64,000 nucleotides of DNA from Eledone cirrhosa (lineage: Eukaryota), in the NCBI GenBank assembly GCA_964016885.1, contig OZ024743.1, positions 82,894,001 to 82,958,000 on the forward strand, in the 5' to 3' direction. The notes under the pieces are model-generated. The model worked only from the letters and a program-made list of their open reading frames with translations, did no database searches and was not told where the DNA came from. Positions 1 through 14,148 of this stretch are shown here, piece after piece. The position numbers and the translations under genes are program-made. The stretch's first letter is position 1, and every line of letters starts with the position of its first letter.

Positions 1-273
1 CGTTATTTCCAACACAAAAAAATTCATTAGAGGTTTCCTGAAATAGCTATTAATTAGTGTATCTTAAAACTAGTCTACTGAAGATCCATGTAGTCTTGAC
101 TGTCTAATTAATTATGGTAATTAGCTAGTATTCGTAATCTTGGTGAAACTGCAGTATGGACAATTATGCAGGTAAAATATTTTTCCCTTAAATATTTTTT
201 TTTACTTGCTATGATCTTAATCTTAATAGTAATATACTTGTGTATTGTACCTAAATAATATTTGAATATATAT

Positions 274-3200
274 ATCATCACCACCGTTTTACATCAATTC
301 TTCCGCGCTAGCATGGGTTAGACGGGTTGTCCTGTTGTGGGTAATGCCAGGTTGGGTGACTTTGTCTTGCTCATATGGGAACTGATTTTGGCTTGATTTC
401 TACAGCTGGATGCCCTTCCTAACACCAACCTCATTTACAGTGAGTACTGGGTGCTTTTTTACCATGGCGCCTACATGACTACTTTACAGTGAGGACTAGG
501 TGCTTTTTTGGAGTGACACCTCCATGACCAATTTTCAGTGGGAGGGAATGGGGGCATATTGTCTATATGTTTCAGCTTTGGCTTGTACCCATGGGAAGTC
601 GGGTCTTCTGTATTACTGCGTGATGCCAGAGGTCACGGTCCTGTATCATCGCCTTTGAGAGGTGATATTGGGCAAGGTCAGCTTTTATCACCTCATCCCA
701 GGTCTTCTTGGGTCTCCCCACCCCAAGGTTTCCATCGACTTTTAGTGCCCTCCACCTTTTTATGCAGCTGTCATCCTTCATATGCATCACATGTCCATAC
801 CAACGCAACCTCCTCTCCTGCACACAGCATTTGATTCCTCTTATGCTCAGTCTCTCTATCAATTCGTTTATGCTTTGCCATTTCCATATATTACTATTAC
901 ACACCCATTGGAGCATGCAAGCTTCATTTCTTTCTAATCTACGCAAGTCTTCTACACTCAGCGCCCAGGTCTCACTACCATGTAACATTGCTGTTCGTAT
1001 ACACGCATCATACAGTCTGCCTTTCATTTTGAGGGAAAAGCCTTTTGCAGCTAGCAGTGGTAGTAGCTCCCTGAGCTTCTTCCATCCCATTCTTACCCTG
1101 GTTACTGTACTTCCAGAACACCCACCTCCACTGCTAATTCGATCACCTAGGTAGCAGAAGCTGTCTATTGTTTCTACAGAGCCCTCCCAGAGTTTGGTAG
1201 TGCTTGTTTCCTGTGGCAGTTTGCTGCTTACTGTCCCGGTGCAGCTGCTACATGTAAAGCCTACATTCATAACTAAGCTTCCTGAGATCCCACTACATCT
1301 CTTGTGTACCCATAGTTTGCATTTGGGGCAGAGGATGGAATTCCTACATACTGAGCAAGACCATTTCCCTGAGGGGATCTGGGTTCTGTTTTCTTGTCTA
1401 CTTACGAGAATCTTTGTCAGGTTGACTTTGAGACCTATTCTTTCTAGTCCTTGCTTCCATGTCTGGAATTTCTTCTTTAGTTCCACCATGGATTCAGTTA
1501 TAAGTGTAAGATCATCTGCATACAGAAGTTCCCATGGGTATCCGGTCTTAAACTCCTCTGTTATAGCCTGCAATACTATAATAAAAAGGAGAGGGCTAAG
1601 AACAGAGCCTTGGTGGACACCGACCTGTATGCTAAAATCCTCACTATAGCTATTGTTAACCCTAACTTTGCTGACTGCTCTTCTATACATAGATTGTACA
1701 GCTTTCACAAGCCATTCATCTACTCCTAGTTTTCTAAGGCCCCACCAGATTATAGCACGGAGCACTCTGTCGAAGGCTTTTTACAGATCGACAAATGCTA
1801 GGTAGAACTGCTTACTTTTAGCTAGGTACTTTTCCTGTAACTGCCTCACAAGGAAGAGAGCATCAGTGGTGCATTTTCCTGGCACAAATCCAAACTGCAT
1901 CTCATTTAGTTTTACCTGGTCCCTAATCAATTGTGCTATAACTCTTTCCGTTACTTTCATGACCCGGTCCATCAGCTTTATATCTCTATAGTTTCCTCTA
2001 TCTAGTGCATCTCCTTTACCCTTGTAGCAGTTGACAATGATGCTGCTGCACCAATCATTTGGTATGATGCCCTCTAGTATTACCTGGTTAACAATACGTG
2101 TGGTTATGGTGTGACCTACCGACCCAGATGCTTTCAGCATCTCGGCAGCTATACCCAATGGACCAGTTGCCTTCCCAGTCTTCATATCTTTGATTGCCTT
2201 ACTTACTATGCTGCTGCTGACTTGTATTGCTGGCCCCTCCATAGGGTCCACTTGTGGTAGAGTCTCTTTCTCCCATGCATTCTCCTCATTTAGTAATCTT
2301 TCATAATGTCTCTTCCACGCAGCTTTCTTCTCGGCACTTGAGGGCAAGCTCACCTTTATCATTTCGGACACACTTCTCTCCTATGACATTATAATTTTCT
2401 CTAACACACTGCCTTGCAATTCTGAACACTCCCTGTTTCTGGTCCTCATGCTGCAAAACATGCTTGAATTTTCTATCCTCCACTTCCCTTCTAGCTAAAT
2501 ATGCTCATCGCCTAGCTTCCCTCCTGGTCTCTATGTAATGTACCCTGCTTCCCCCATTCTTCCATTCTTTCCATGCCTGTCTCTTAGCCTTAATTTCCTC
2601 ATCAACCTTATTGTTCCACCACCAAGTCACTCTCCTCCTCTCTTTGGTCTTGCTCCAACCACAGATCTCGTCTGTTGCCTTTAGTAAGTTATTTTTAGGA
2701 ACTCCCAGTGTTCTTCTACATTGAATGTCTCTATCTGTTCTTCTTTACTGTCATATGCTTAGAGTAAGATATCTTTAAGTCTGTTACTGGCTGAGGGGTC
2801 TTTCAGCTTCCAGATGTTTCTTCTCCAGGTTCCCTTCTGTTTCCAAGTAACTCTAGTTCTGACAATGAGGTCGCTGTCAACTAAGTTATGTTGGGAGGTA
2901 CATTCTTCACCAGGGAAAGCTTTTGTGTTTACAACCATCCTCTAATAAGGATAAAATCTATCTGACTAGAATGCTCCCCTGATCTATAGGTGATCAGATG
3001 TTTGTGTTACATATCGACATGTCATTGGCATCACAGAATTCTAGAAGCCTGAAGCCTTCCTCATTTCTTGTGCCAAACCCGTAGCCTCCATGGACTCTAT
3101 AGAAGCCGTCACGGTGTTTCCCAACATGTCTGTTAAAATCTCCTGTAATGATTAGGAAGTCATTATCGTTTGTGTGCATTAAGGACTCATAAAACCTATC

Positions 3201-3660
3201 CTTAAGTTCGTCTGGCAACCCAGATTGGGATGTTTAAGCTGATATGATTGTAGCAATTGTGTTATTCAGGACTAGTCTGAGTTTAATGATTCTTGCATTC
3301 ACTCTGTTCACTGAGATTACCTTATTAACCAATTTGTCAGCTAATAGTATACCTAAACCACCCATCCCGTTGTCATTTCCCACCAGAAAAATTTATATAA
3401 CTGATTTTTGCCTACAAGGACTCTAGCAGACTCCTCTCCAGCTAGTCTCTTGTACACAGCATACATCAATTTACTTTCGCTTTAACATCTCTACGATTTC
3501 TCCTGCTCTTCCTTTCATTGTTTACGTTGATGGTGCCAACTCGGAGTTTGGGGTATTTGCCATCACTCGTGGGAAAGGGTGAATTTTTGCAGGGCAGTGT
3601 ATTTGCTTACTGTCTCTGAATTGAAGCTTTGCATGGGTGCTTGGTAACTCACAGATTCAT
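274..3660 (-). mobile_element. RTE-clade LINE, near full length, disrupted (APE + RT)
   Basis: Minus-strand ORF pieces 2994-3218 (APE, ITGDFNRHVG), 1781-2371 (RT N-part, QFGFVPGKCTTDALF) and 572-1765 (GVHQGSVLSPLLF, LLYADDL, RRLRWYGHVM, GRPKKTW). The 3' UTR ends in a (GAT)-type tail near 274. Stops and frameshifts lie between the pieces. Confidence 0.93.
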
Positions 3661-3936
3661 ATTCATTTATTTATTCAGGTTTGTTCCATTATCCTCAGCT
3701 CATCCATAGATAACGGTAAACAAGAATTCTTTGATGCTGGGCTAGAAGGACAGTAGTAGTAATGGCGGAATTTGTTGGGGCTGGTGATGGGTGAGGACAT
3801 GTTGCTGAGGTTTGATTGGACGAATAGCCTATGGTGATGAGTGAGGGTAGGTGACTGGGAAATTGTCAGATAGGGAGCCATCATGGCGTACATCATCACA
3901 GAAGATTCTGGGGAAATAAGCATATATATATATATA

Positions 3937-4269
3937 CGCGTGTCTGATGGTAGCTAAGATGCTTCCATAGGTGGTATGCCGGTTGAGCACTCTATGCTCT
4001 TACAAAGCAGAGTATGATATAATAGAAAACGAAAAATCAGTGATGCATCTGAACTCAATTTATTGTGTTACAATTGTTTCGCCGGCGGACAGCTCGAGGC
4101 GCGATCATTGTGTGGATCTGTCTGATTCTGGGCCCGCAGGTTCGACGGACACGTCTAATGATTTCAGAGCATATTCTGTCACAATGATCAGGTCTCGAGC
4201 TGTCCGCCGGCGAAACAATTGTAACACACAATAAATTGAGTTCAGATGCATCACTGATTTTTCGTTTTC

Positions 4270-4276
<7 letters not shown>
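3937..4276 (-). mobile_element. Small fold-back module with degenerate hammerhead (PLE-derived, non-autonomous)
   Basis: Inverted repeat 4017-4111 / 4181-4276. Minus strand 4065-4155 reads gtgt-CCGTCGA-acctgcgg...ccgccggc-GAAA-caatt-GTA-acac. Homologous to 6513-6840 and flanked by (AT)n. Confidence 0.6.
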
Positions 4277-4305
<29 letters not shown>

Positions 4306-4366
4306 ATAATAGTAAAATTGAAGACTAAAATCCAAAGAGGGCTCGATAAGGAATATATATATTTTA

Positions 4367-4459
<93 letters not shown>

Positions 4460-4527
4460 TATATATATACACATACATATATCTATCTCTCTCTCTCTAT
4501 ATATATATATATATACACACACACACA

Positions 4528-4580
<53 letters not shown>

Positions 4581-4584
<4 letters not shown>

Positions 4585-5043
4585 CCGACCTCACACACTT
4601 ACACCTCTCCAAGACAATGTCACTGGACCGAGACCTTTGGCGGTACTCAGTAACAGAGAAGACCCGCCTTGCCAGTAGGCATCTCTAACAAAATACACCC
4701 CGTCCCGCCACCACCCGCACCCATCCACACCACCCCGTCCTATGTAAAGTTATGTTGGTGCCGCGCCATCCAGGCCGAAACAAATGAGATCGTGTAGGTG
4801 TCACGACAAAAAAACACACAGTCCACGCTGTAATGTGGCCGTGTAGGCAACACGGTAAAAACCTCCCAGACCCACACTGTAAATGTGGTTGGTGTTAGGA
4901 AGGGCATCCAACTGTAGAAAACCTGCCAGACAGTCCTATGCGAGCAAGACAATCACTCTTGCCTCAAGTGGGACTACCCCCGTCCAAACCCATGCAAGCG
5001 TGGAACACGGACGTTAAACGTTGATGATGATGATGATGATGAT
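4581..5043 (+). mobile_element. RTE LINE 3' fragment
   Basis: Reverse complement of 5094-5576; ends in a (GAT)n tail. Confidence 0.85.
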
Positions 5044-5093
5044 ATATATATATATATATATATATAAAGGTTTACATACATATATATATATAT

Positions 5094-6056
5094 ATCATCA
5101 TCATCATCATCATCATCAACGTTTAACGTCCGTGTTCCACGCTTGCATGGGTTTGGACGGGGGTTTTCCCACTTGAGGCAAGAGTGATTGTCTTTCTCGC
5201 ATAGGACTGTCTGGCAGGTTTTCTACAGTTGGATGCCCTTCCTAACACCAACCACATTTACAGTGTGGGTCTGGGAGCTTTTTACCGTGTTGCCTACACG
5301 GCCACATTACAGCGTGGACTGTGTGTTTTTTTGTCGTGACACCTACACGATCTCATTTGTTTCGGCCTGGATGGTGTGGCACCAATATAACTTACATAGA
5401 AGGGGGCGGTGTGGATGGGGTGGGACGGGGGTGTATTTTGTTGGAGATGCCTACTGATTGTAGTAGGTTTTACTATGTATTTAGGTAAGGCGGGTCTTCT
5501 CTATTACTGAGTACCGCCAAAGGTCTCGGTCCAGTGACATTGTCTTGGAGAGGTGTAAGTGTGTGAGGTCGGAGTTTATCAGCTCGTCCCAGGTTTTTCT
5601 AGGTCTGCCTATTCCGTGGCTACCGTCTATCTTTATTGCCCTGCACTTTCATGCGCATCACGTGTCCATACCAACGTAGCCTTCTCTCGAGTAAACAACA
5701 TCTGATCCCTCTTATTTCTAATTTTTCCCTTAGTTCGTTTATGCTTTGCCGTTCACGTATATTACTATTACACATCCAGCGGAGCATGCAAGCTTCGTTC
5801 CTCTCTAGTCTGCGTATATCCTCTGCACTCAATGCCCAGGTCTCACTGCCATGCAACATTGCTGTTCGTATGCAGGCATCATACAACCTGCCTTTCATTT
5901 TTAGAGAGAACCCTTTCGCGGCTAATAGTGGTATAAGCTCTCTGAACTTTTTCCATCCAGTTCTGACTCTAGCTACTGTACTTTCAGAGCACCCTCCCCC
6001 ACTGCTGATTTTGTCACCCAGGTAACGGAAGCTGTCCACTATTTCTATAGAGCCCT
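5094..6056 (-). mobile_element. 5'-truncated RTE LINE
   Basis: ORF 5620-6039 (DSFRYLGDKI...RRLRWYGHVMRM) closely resembles the C-terminal part of 572-1765; 3' UTR and (GAT)n tail present. Confidence 0.9.
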
Positions 6057-6242
6057 ATATATATATAAATTAAATAATATATATATATATAGAATTCTTA
6101 TAGAATTCCAGTAATAATCAGGAGCTGATTATACAGAGCAATTGCCAGTCCAGCAAAATTTAGGTATTAGGATTGGTGCTCTGAAATAGCAATGTATAAG
6201 AATCCAGCTTCTATAATTTTCGGCGAAAGCAGGGGAGTATGT

Positions 6243-6284
6243 GGCTCTGATGAACGCCAACCAGCGTGAAACAGACTGTCAGCT
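6243..6284 (+). ncRNA. Minimal type I hammerhead ribozyme
   Basis: ggct-CTGATGA-acgc-caacca-gcgt-GAAA-cagact-GTC-agct. Helix I is extended by tttcggcgaaag...ctttcgccgaaa. Confidence 0.85.
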
Positions 6285-6454
6285 TCTCTCCCTTCTTTCG
6301 CCGAAAACAAGTAAGTGACATAGTCACTACTTTAAAATTGATAGCGTATAGTCTTCTAAATGTTTTTAATTAAACATACGGTATATTGCCAAATATTCTA
6401 TACATACATTCATGTATACATCGCTATTTCAGAGCACCAAACACCATATATATC

Positions 6455-6514
<60 letters not shown>

Positions 6515-6636
6515 GCTGTCGGATGCTTAAAGCGTCCGTATGCGGTAGGCCATTTGAGCACTCGATGCTCTCATAGAGCAGAGTATGATATCACAGAAAA
6601 AAACAGAATGAGTGTTGCGACGAATGGAATTTATTG

Positions 6637-6732
6637 GACATATTACAATCGTTTCTCTGGCGACCAGCTCGAGGCACGATCGATGTGATGATCGAACATG
6701 ACTCTGAAAATCGCAAGGTCCTCAGATACGTC
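6637..6732 (-). ncRNA. Type I hammerhead with long helix II, inside fold-back module 6513-6840
   Basis: Minus strand gacgtat-CTGAGGA-ccttgcga-(~47 nt)-tcgccaga-GAAA-cgatt-GTA-atatgtc. Helix I has 7 bp; the first pair of helix II is mismatched. Confidence 0.7.
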
Positions 6733-6988
6733 TTGATTCTACAAAGCAGATTTTCCTAATAATCGATCGTGCCTCGGGCTGTAATATGTCCAATAAATTC
6801 CATTCGTCGCGACACTTATTCTCTTTTTTTCTGTGATATATACATATTATATATATATATGAATGTATATATAGTGTATTTTGCAATACACTGTATGCTT
6901 AATTAAAAGCATTTTGAAGACCGTACGCTATTGTTTTAAAGTAGCGACATTGTCACTTACTTAAATTTTCGGCAGACAGGGGGAGATA

Positions 6989-7031
6989 AGTTGACAGCTC
7001 TGCTTCGTACTTTTTGGTACTTATCAAAACT
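6989..7031 (-). ncRNA. Degenerate hammerhead, diverged inverted paralogue of 6243-6284
   Basis: agtt-TTGATAA-gtac-caaaaa-gtac-GAAG-cagagct-GTC-aact. Helices are intact and the core is mutated. Confidence 0.65.
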
Positions 7032-7095
7032 CAATACTCTCCCCCTTGTCTGCCGAAAGTTATGTGTGTTGGATTCTTATAGAATTCCAGTAACA

Positions 7096-7895
<800 letters not shown>

Positions 7896-8545
7896 TATAT
7901 ATGCATGTATACACCGATTGCGTAGGACTTACCTCGCCCTCAAACCTCCTCATGACCCGGGTAGACAATGGCTGCAACATCCCTTTTCCCCCACTTGCCG
8001 AACAAGATAAGGAAACCCCAGCATACATAGGTAGATGTACTTCTTTTCTTTTTTCCCTTTATCTCTTCTTCTCACTTCCCTCCACTCCCTCCCCTCCTCT
8101 TTTTCCTTTTTCCTCTTTCGCCTACCCTGAGGCAGCCATCGGGCTTTTGTAGCCTCAATACCCCCACCCCAGTAAATTCTATATAGTATTGGCCGAAAAC
8201 GCAATACCAGCTAAAAATATAGCAGCTGCTTTAGATTTTTATTTATTATTATTTTTTTTTTTATTTCAATTTATTAGCTTTTTAATTTTATAACTTCCAA
8301 CTCTCAGATTCCTCCAGAATTATTTTTTCGCCTGCTTCCTTACTAGCCTAATTTCATACACACTCCTTAGAATTTGCTGTATAGAATTCACTTTCAACGC
8401 TTGACCGACTCCACCCACTCCCTCATTGTTCTATAGGCAAGTTCAGCCACCCCACTCCCATCTACCGCCATGAAGGATTTAATTGTGTTTACAAGAAATT
8501 TTGACCAATCCTTTTGACAACTACAACCTTCCCATATAAGGAGTT

Positions 8546-8637
8546 ACCCATTGAAAAGTACGGCTATTTATTACCATGCTAATTCTACTTTAGTCCAGAA
8601 ATAGCCGTCGAAACGGCTTGAGCTCTGCCGTCGGGGT
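8546..8637 (+). ncRNA. Degenerate hammerhead
   Basis: accca-TTGAAAA-gtacggctattt...aaatagccgtc-GAAA-cggc-ttgagctct-gccg-TC-ggggt. Helices II and III are strong; the CUGANGA box is decayed. Confidence 0.6.
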
Positions 8638-8730
8638 CTTGAACATTTTCCTATTACCCACTCTACTACCTTAAGTATTGAGTACTCTGGTGCCTTATGG
8701 GCCATCTGGTTCCTTACCACAATTCCTTCG

Positions 8731-8789
<59 letters not shown>

Positions 8790-8790
8790 C

Positions 8791-9400
8791 ATGGTGGCTG
8801 CCAACTCGTTTTCGAGTACGGCCACTACTTTATATCCATGTAGGAGAACCCCTACCGATGCGCTGAACAAGTGTGACTTTTTAGTCCAGCCAGCGACTTG
8901 AAAACTCTGGTACAAACACTACACTTGTGACAATTATTGACACAGGCCCATGGTACCATGTGACGACAAGGGCAGAGAGGTCTCCAGATATAAAGCAATG
9001 CCTGTGCCGTGAAGCTTTTATAGTGAGCAAAGGCACTGCACAAAGCCAGTCCCTCTCTCTTAACCAAGATGATATTTACCAAAAAGAAGAACAAGACAAC
9101 ATCATTGGATACCATCAGGGTTGCAGGTGTTATATCAGAGTTTTCCTTCTCTTAGAATTCTGCCTTGACAAAGGCTAAGGGGTCATCTCTCCCGGTGATT
9201 TTGGATGGCCATCGACTCTTAAGAGGTCCTTTGCCCTTTGACAGGTTTTGTTTTTAGTCCTGCAGGATGTCCAAAGTCACCCTCCTCACCAAGAAACCTT
9301 GGTGGGGTTGCCAGTTTAGTCGCCAACGACCCGACCATGAGACAGGGTCTACTGGTGCTACTGGTCTAACTGGTGCTACTGGTAACATTTAATCCAGTAC
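8791..9400 (-). mobile_element. Non-autonomous RTE-derived ~600-bp repeat (copy A, short 5' inversion)
   Basis: Near-identical to 13521-13933, 40960-41569 and 41615-42205. The 3' part encodes a C2H2 remnant (CSVCTRVFKSLAGLKSH) like the RTE C-terminus at 42906. (TACA)n tail. Confidence 0.85.
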
Positions 9401-9445
9401 ATATATACATACATACATACATACATAAATACATACACATACATA

Positions 9446-9481
<36 letters not shown>

Positions 9482-9503
9482 CATACATACATGCATACAT
9501 ACA

Positions 9504-9539
<36 letters not shown>

Positions 9540-9559
9540 TATACGTACATATACATACA

Positions 9560-9595
<36 letters not shown>

Positions 9596-9618
9596 CATAC
9601 ATACATATATATACCACG

Positions 9619-9651
<33 letters not shown>

Positions 9652-9754
9652 ACATACATATACATACATACATATATATATATACACATACATACATACA
9701 TATATATATACAATTAACAACAAAGAGCGCTTAGAACATAGGTATATCTTTAAT

Positions 9755-9800
9755 TGCTAACAATGTTTCGTCCACACTAGAAGTGGGACTCTTCAGAGCA
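9755..9800 (-). ncRNA. Minimal type I hammerhead (left arm)
   Basis: Reverse complement of 12757-12802. Confidence 0.82.
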
Positions 9801-12756
9801 TAAAGAGTAAATACATAGTATACAAGCATTGACAAAGCCAAAACAGAAGAATATATGTGGGGATACCATAAGTTGGGAGGAGTTTAAAGAGTAAAGTAAA
9901 AGGAGTAAAATAAAAATAAACATAAAAATAAGAATAAAAATAAAAATAAAAATAAAAATGAAAAATAAAAATAAAAAATAAGAAATGTTATCACTCACAG
10001 TTGGGCAGGGTTCCGTTAACATACAGCTACATACAAGTATATGCATAAGCATGAGCACCCGCATGCACCTACACACAAGCACCCGTATGCAACACATACA
10101 GTATACACTAATACAAATAACATATCATAGACGGATGGGCACAAGTTAAGAGATAGAGATAGATAAAAAATAGATAAGAGGTAGATAAAAATAGATAAAA
10201 AAATAGATAAAAATAGATAAAAAAATAGATAAGAAATAGATAAAAAATAGATAAAAAATAGATAAAAGATAAAAAATAAAATAAAATAAAATAAAATAAA
10301 ATAATATAAAGTAAAGTAAAATATACACCAGAAGATAAATAAAACAATACACCAAAAAAAAAAATGGAGTAAAATATACACCATAAAGGAAGGTGTGGGT
10401 AAAGATAAGACTGGCAAATGCATAAGCTATCAAGCTATGTTCAACAAGTGATATACGTACAACATATAAAATACACAAAAATATATATAAAAGAGACGTA
10501 TATATAAGGATATATATAAAAGAGACGTATATATAAGGATATATATAAAAGAGACGTATATATAAGGATATATATATATATATATATACACATATCAGTC
10601 CAAGTAATGCATATTTATAAAGATGTAACTGGGGGTAAAAAGATGTAATAAGGGTAATCAAGATGGTAATTATTAGGGCATGTAATAATAATATTATTAT
10701 AGAAATCCCAAGGTGACACTAGTGTTGACTCATGGTGATATATGGAATATATCAGGAGCACACGAACGCCTTAGGTGTTGCAGTTAGCCGCAGTTCAACA
10801 ATAGAGTGTTCAAATGAGATTTTTTATGAACAGATGCTAAGTCCGCACTAGATTGAGTGGACCATTACAATGCAATGGAAACATCCCAGGTTGGACAGTC
10901 CCAAAAGTTCACACTCCAAAGTTCAATCCACAGGTGTGCATTCATAGAGTTGAGCGGTTGGGCAATCCGAAAAAGTTCACACTCCAAAGTTCAATACACA
11001 GATGTGCATTCATAGAGTTGAGCACTCAGGCAAGAATTAATTGGTTAACAAGGTGTATCCATATCACAAGCAGGAGCATATGCTGGGAAGGTTGCAGGCA
11101 AATTCATATACAGCAGCACGAACATCAAGAGGCAAATAACTGAGGCGCATATTAGTGAGCAGAAGCAGGCAAGTGCAGGTGGTAAAACACAGTCAGGTGA
11201 AGCAGGTTATTATGCATACCATTTAATATAAGAAAACTCAACAACAGTGCATAACAAATAGCTTCCAAAGCCGATAACCACAAAATCACAACATTGAGCA
11301 ACAATCCGGCATCACAAGAATGTACGCAACATTAGGGTTAGTCCAGAGACAGTATATGTATACTTATACATACACACAAACACACAGACATGTATATACA
11401 GAGACAGTATACGTACACATATATACAGAAACAGTATATATATATATATATATATACACATACACGTATATACACATAAATATATACATACACACACACA
11501 CACCGCACCGGACACCCAAATCTACGCGGATATATTACACAAGATATCTTACCCAGCTAACAAAAGTCAAAAACCCATAACAGTTGCTCTCACTGGTCGC
11601 AGATAATGTAGTTTCACAGTAAATTAGCCAGAGTAATCACGATTAATATTCAAAATACAACCTTATGAGGAGATGCGTATTCCCACGTGTAGTCACCAGA
11701 TTCAAGTATAAACAAACCGTTAATAAATACGGAAGGCTATCGGGGCCAAAACGTTATTTTTGGGAGAATAACACAGAGCGTCAATCTATGGTGTGCTCCT
11801 GATATATTCCATATATCACCATGAGTCAACACTAGTGTCACCTTGGGATTTCTATAATAATATTATTATTACATGCCCTAATAATTACCATCTTGATTAC
11901 CCTTATTACATCTTTTTACCCCCAGTTACATCTTTATAAATATGCATTACTTGGACTGATATGTGTATATATATATATATATATCCTTATATATACGTCT
12001 CTTTTATATATATCCTTATATATACGTCTCTTTTATATATATTTTTTATATATATTTTTGTATATATATTTTTGTGTATTTTATATGTTGTACGTATATC
12101 ACTTGTTGAACATAGCTTGATAGCTTATGCATTTGCCAGTCTTATCTTTACCCACACCTTCCTTTATGGTGTATATTTTACTCCATTTTTTTTTTGGTGT
12201 ATTGTTTTATTTATCTTCTGGTGTATATTTTACTTTACTTTATATTATTTTATTTTATTTTATTTTATTTTATTTTTTATATTTTATTCTATTTTTTATC
12301 TATTTCTTATCTATTTTTTATCTATTTTTAAATCTATTTTTTATCTATTTTTTATCTATTTTTTATCTATCTCTATCTCTTAACTTGTGCCCATCCGTCT
12401 ATGATATGTTATTTGTATTAGTGTATACTGTATGTGTTGCATACGGGTGCTTGTGTGTAGGTGCATGCGGGTGCTCATGCTTATGCATATACTTGTATGT
12501 AGCTGTATGTTAACGGAACCCTGCCCAACTGTGAGTGATAACATTTCTTATTTTTTATTTTTATTCTTCATTTTTATTTTTATTTTTATTTTTATTCTTA
12601 TTTTTATTCTTATTTTTATGTTTATTTTTATTTTACTCTTTTCTTATTTTACTCCTTTTACTTTACTCTTTAAACTCCTCCCAACTTATGGTATCCCCAC
12701 ATATATTCTTCTGTTTTGGCTTTGTCAATGCTTGTATACTATGTATTTACTCTTTA

Positions 12757-12802
12757 TGCTCTGAAGAGTCCCACTTCTAGTGTGGACGAAACATTGTTAG
12801 CA
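12757..12802 (+). ncRNA. Minimal type I hammerhead (right arm)
   Basis: tgct-CTGAAGA-gtcc-cacttctagtgt-ggac-GAAA-catt-GTT-agca; helix I extends via tcttta/taaaga. Confidence 0.82.
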
Positions 12803-12959
12803 ATTAAAGATATACCTATGTTCTAAGCGCTCTTTGTTGTTAATTGTATTACGGCTCTGTCCTCTGACATTGAGCTAACCATATACTGCCTATTTGATAA
12901 GTGGAGTGTTACACACTCCCAATTCTCTCCCTTATATACATATATATATATATATACAT

Positions 12960-12990
<31 letters not shown>

Positions 12991-13267
12991 CATATACATA
13001 CATACATATATATATATACATATACATACATACATATATATATATACATATACATACATACATATATATACATATACATACATACATATCTATATATATA
13101 CATACATACATATATATCTATATATATACATATACATACATACATATATATATATATACACATATACATACATATATATATTATATACATATACATACAA
13201 ATATATATATATATATACATACATATACATATTATATACATATACATACATATATATATATATATAC

Positions 13268-13338
<71 letters not shown>

Positions 13339-13520
13339 CATACATATATATATATACATATATACATATATATACATAAATACATATACATATTTATACA
13401 TACACATATTCATTGAAATAACACATTAAAGTTTAAGCAAAGAATCGCTGCTTTCACACCTGACGGGATCTTCCGAAACAAAAAAAAAATCAAAAAAAAA
13501 ATACTTACATACATACATAC

Positions 13521-13933
13521 ATGGTGGTGGCTGCCAACTCGTTTTCGAGTACGGCCACTACTTTATATCCATGTAGGAGAACCCCTACCGATGCGCTGAA
13601 CGAGTGTGACTTTTTAGTCCAGCCTGCGACATGAAAACTCTGGTACAAACACTACACTTGTAACAATTATTGACACATAGTGCTGGGCCCATGGTACCAT
13701 GTGACGACAAGTGCAGAGAGATCTCCAGATATAAAGCAATGCCTGTGCTGTGAAGCTTTTATAGTGAGCAAAGGCACTGCACAAAGCCAGTCCCACTCTC
13801 TTAACCAAGATGATATTTACCAAAAAGAAGAACAAGACAACATCATTGGATACCATCAGGGTTGCAGGTGTTATATCAGAGTTTTCCTTCTCCTAGAATT
13901 CTGCCTTGACAAAGGCTAAGGGGTCATCTCTCC
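13521..13933 (-). mobile_element. RTE-derived non-autonomous repeat (copy B, 5' truncated)
   Basis: Matches the 3' ~410 bp of copy A. Confidence 0.85.
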
Positions 13934-13946
13934 ATACATACATACA

Positions 13947-14058
<112 letters not shown>

Positions 14059-14148
14059 TAGTAAGTTATACCGGATTGAATCGGAGGTAACCACAGTAAG
14101 TAAGGTACGGTACTCAATACATAGCAGAGTATAAAAGTTTTAATATAG

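Larger units (their letters stand above)
9709..12933 (+). mobile_element. Non-coding element with ~1.05-kb inverted arms, each carrying an HHR (non-autonomous PLE-like)
   Basis: Arms 9709-10763 and 11791-12848 are reverse complements differing mainly in microsatellite copy number. The ~1.03-kb spacer has no credible ORF. Confidence 0.8.

Noticed and set aside
4272-4612. Many ORFs of YI/IY, MYVC, ER/LS, poly-T/V/L type throughout the window
   Set aside because: They are translations of (AT)n, (TACA)n, (AG)n and (AGT)n microsatellites, not genes.
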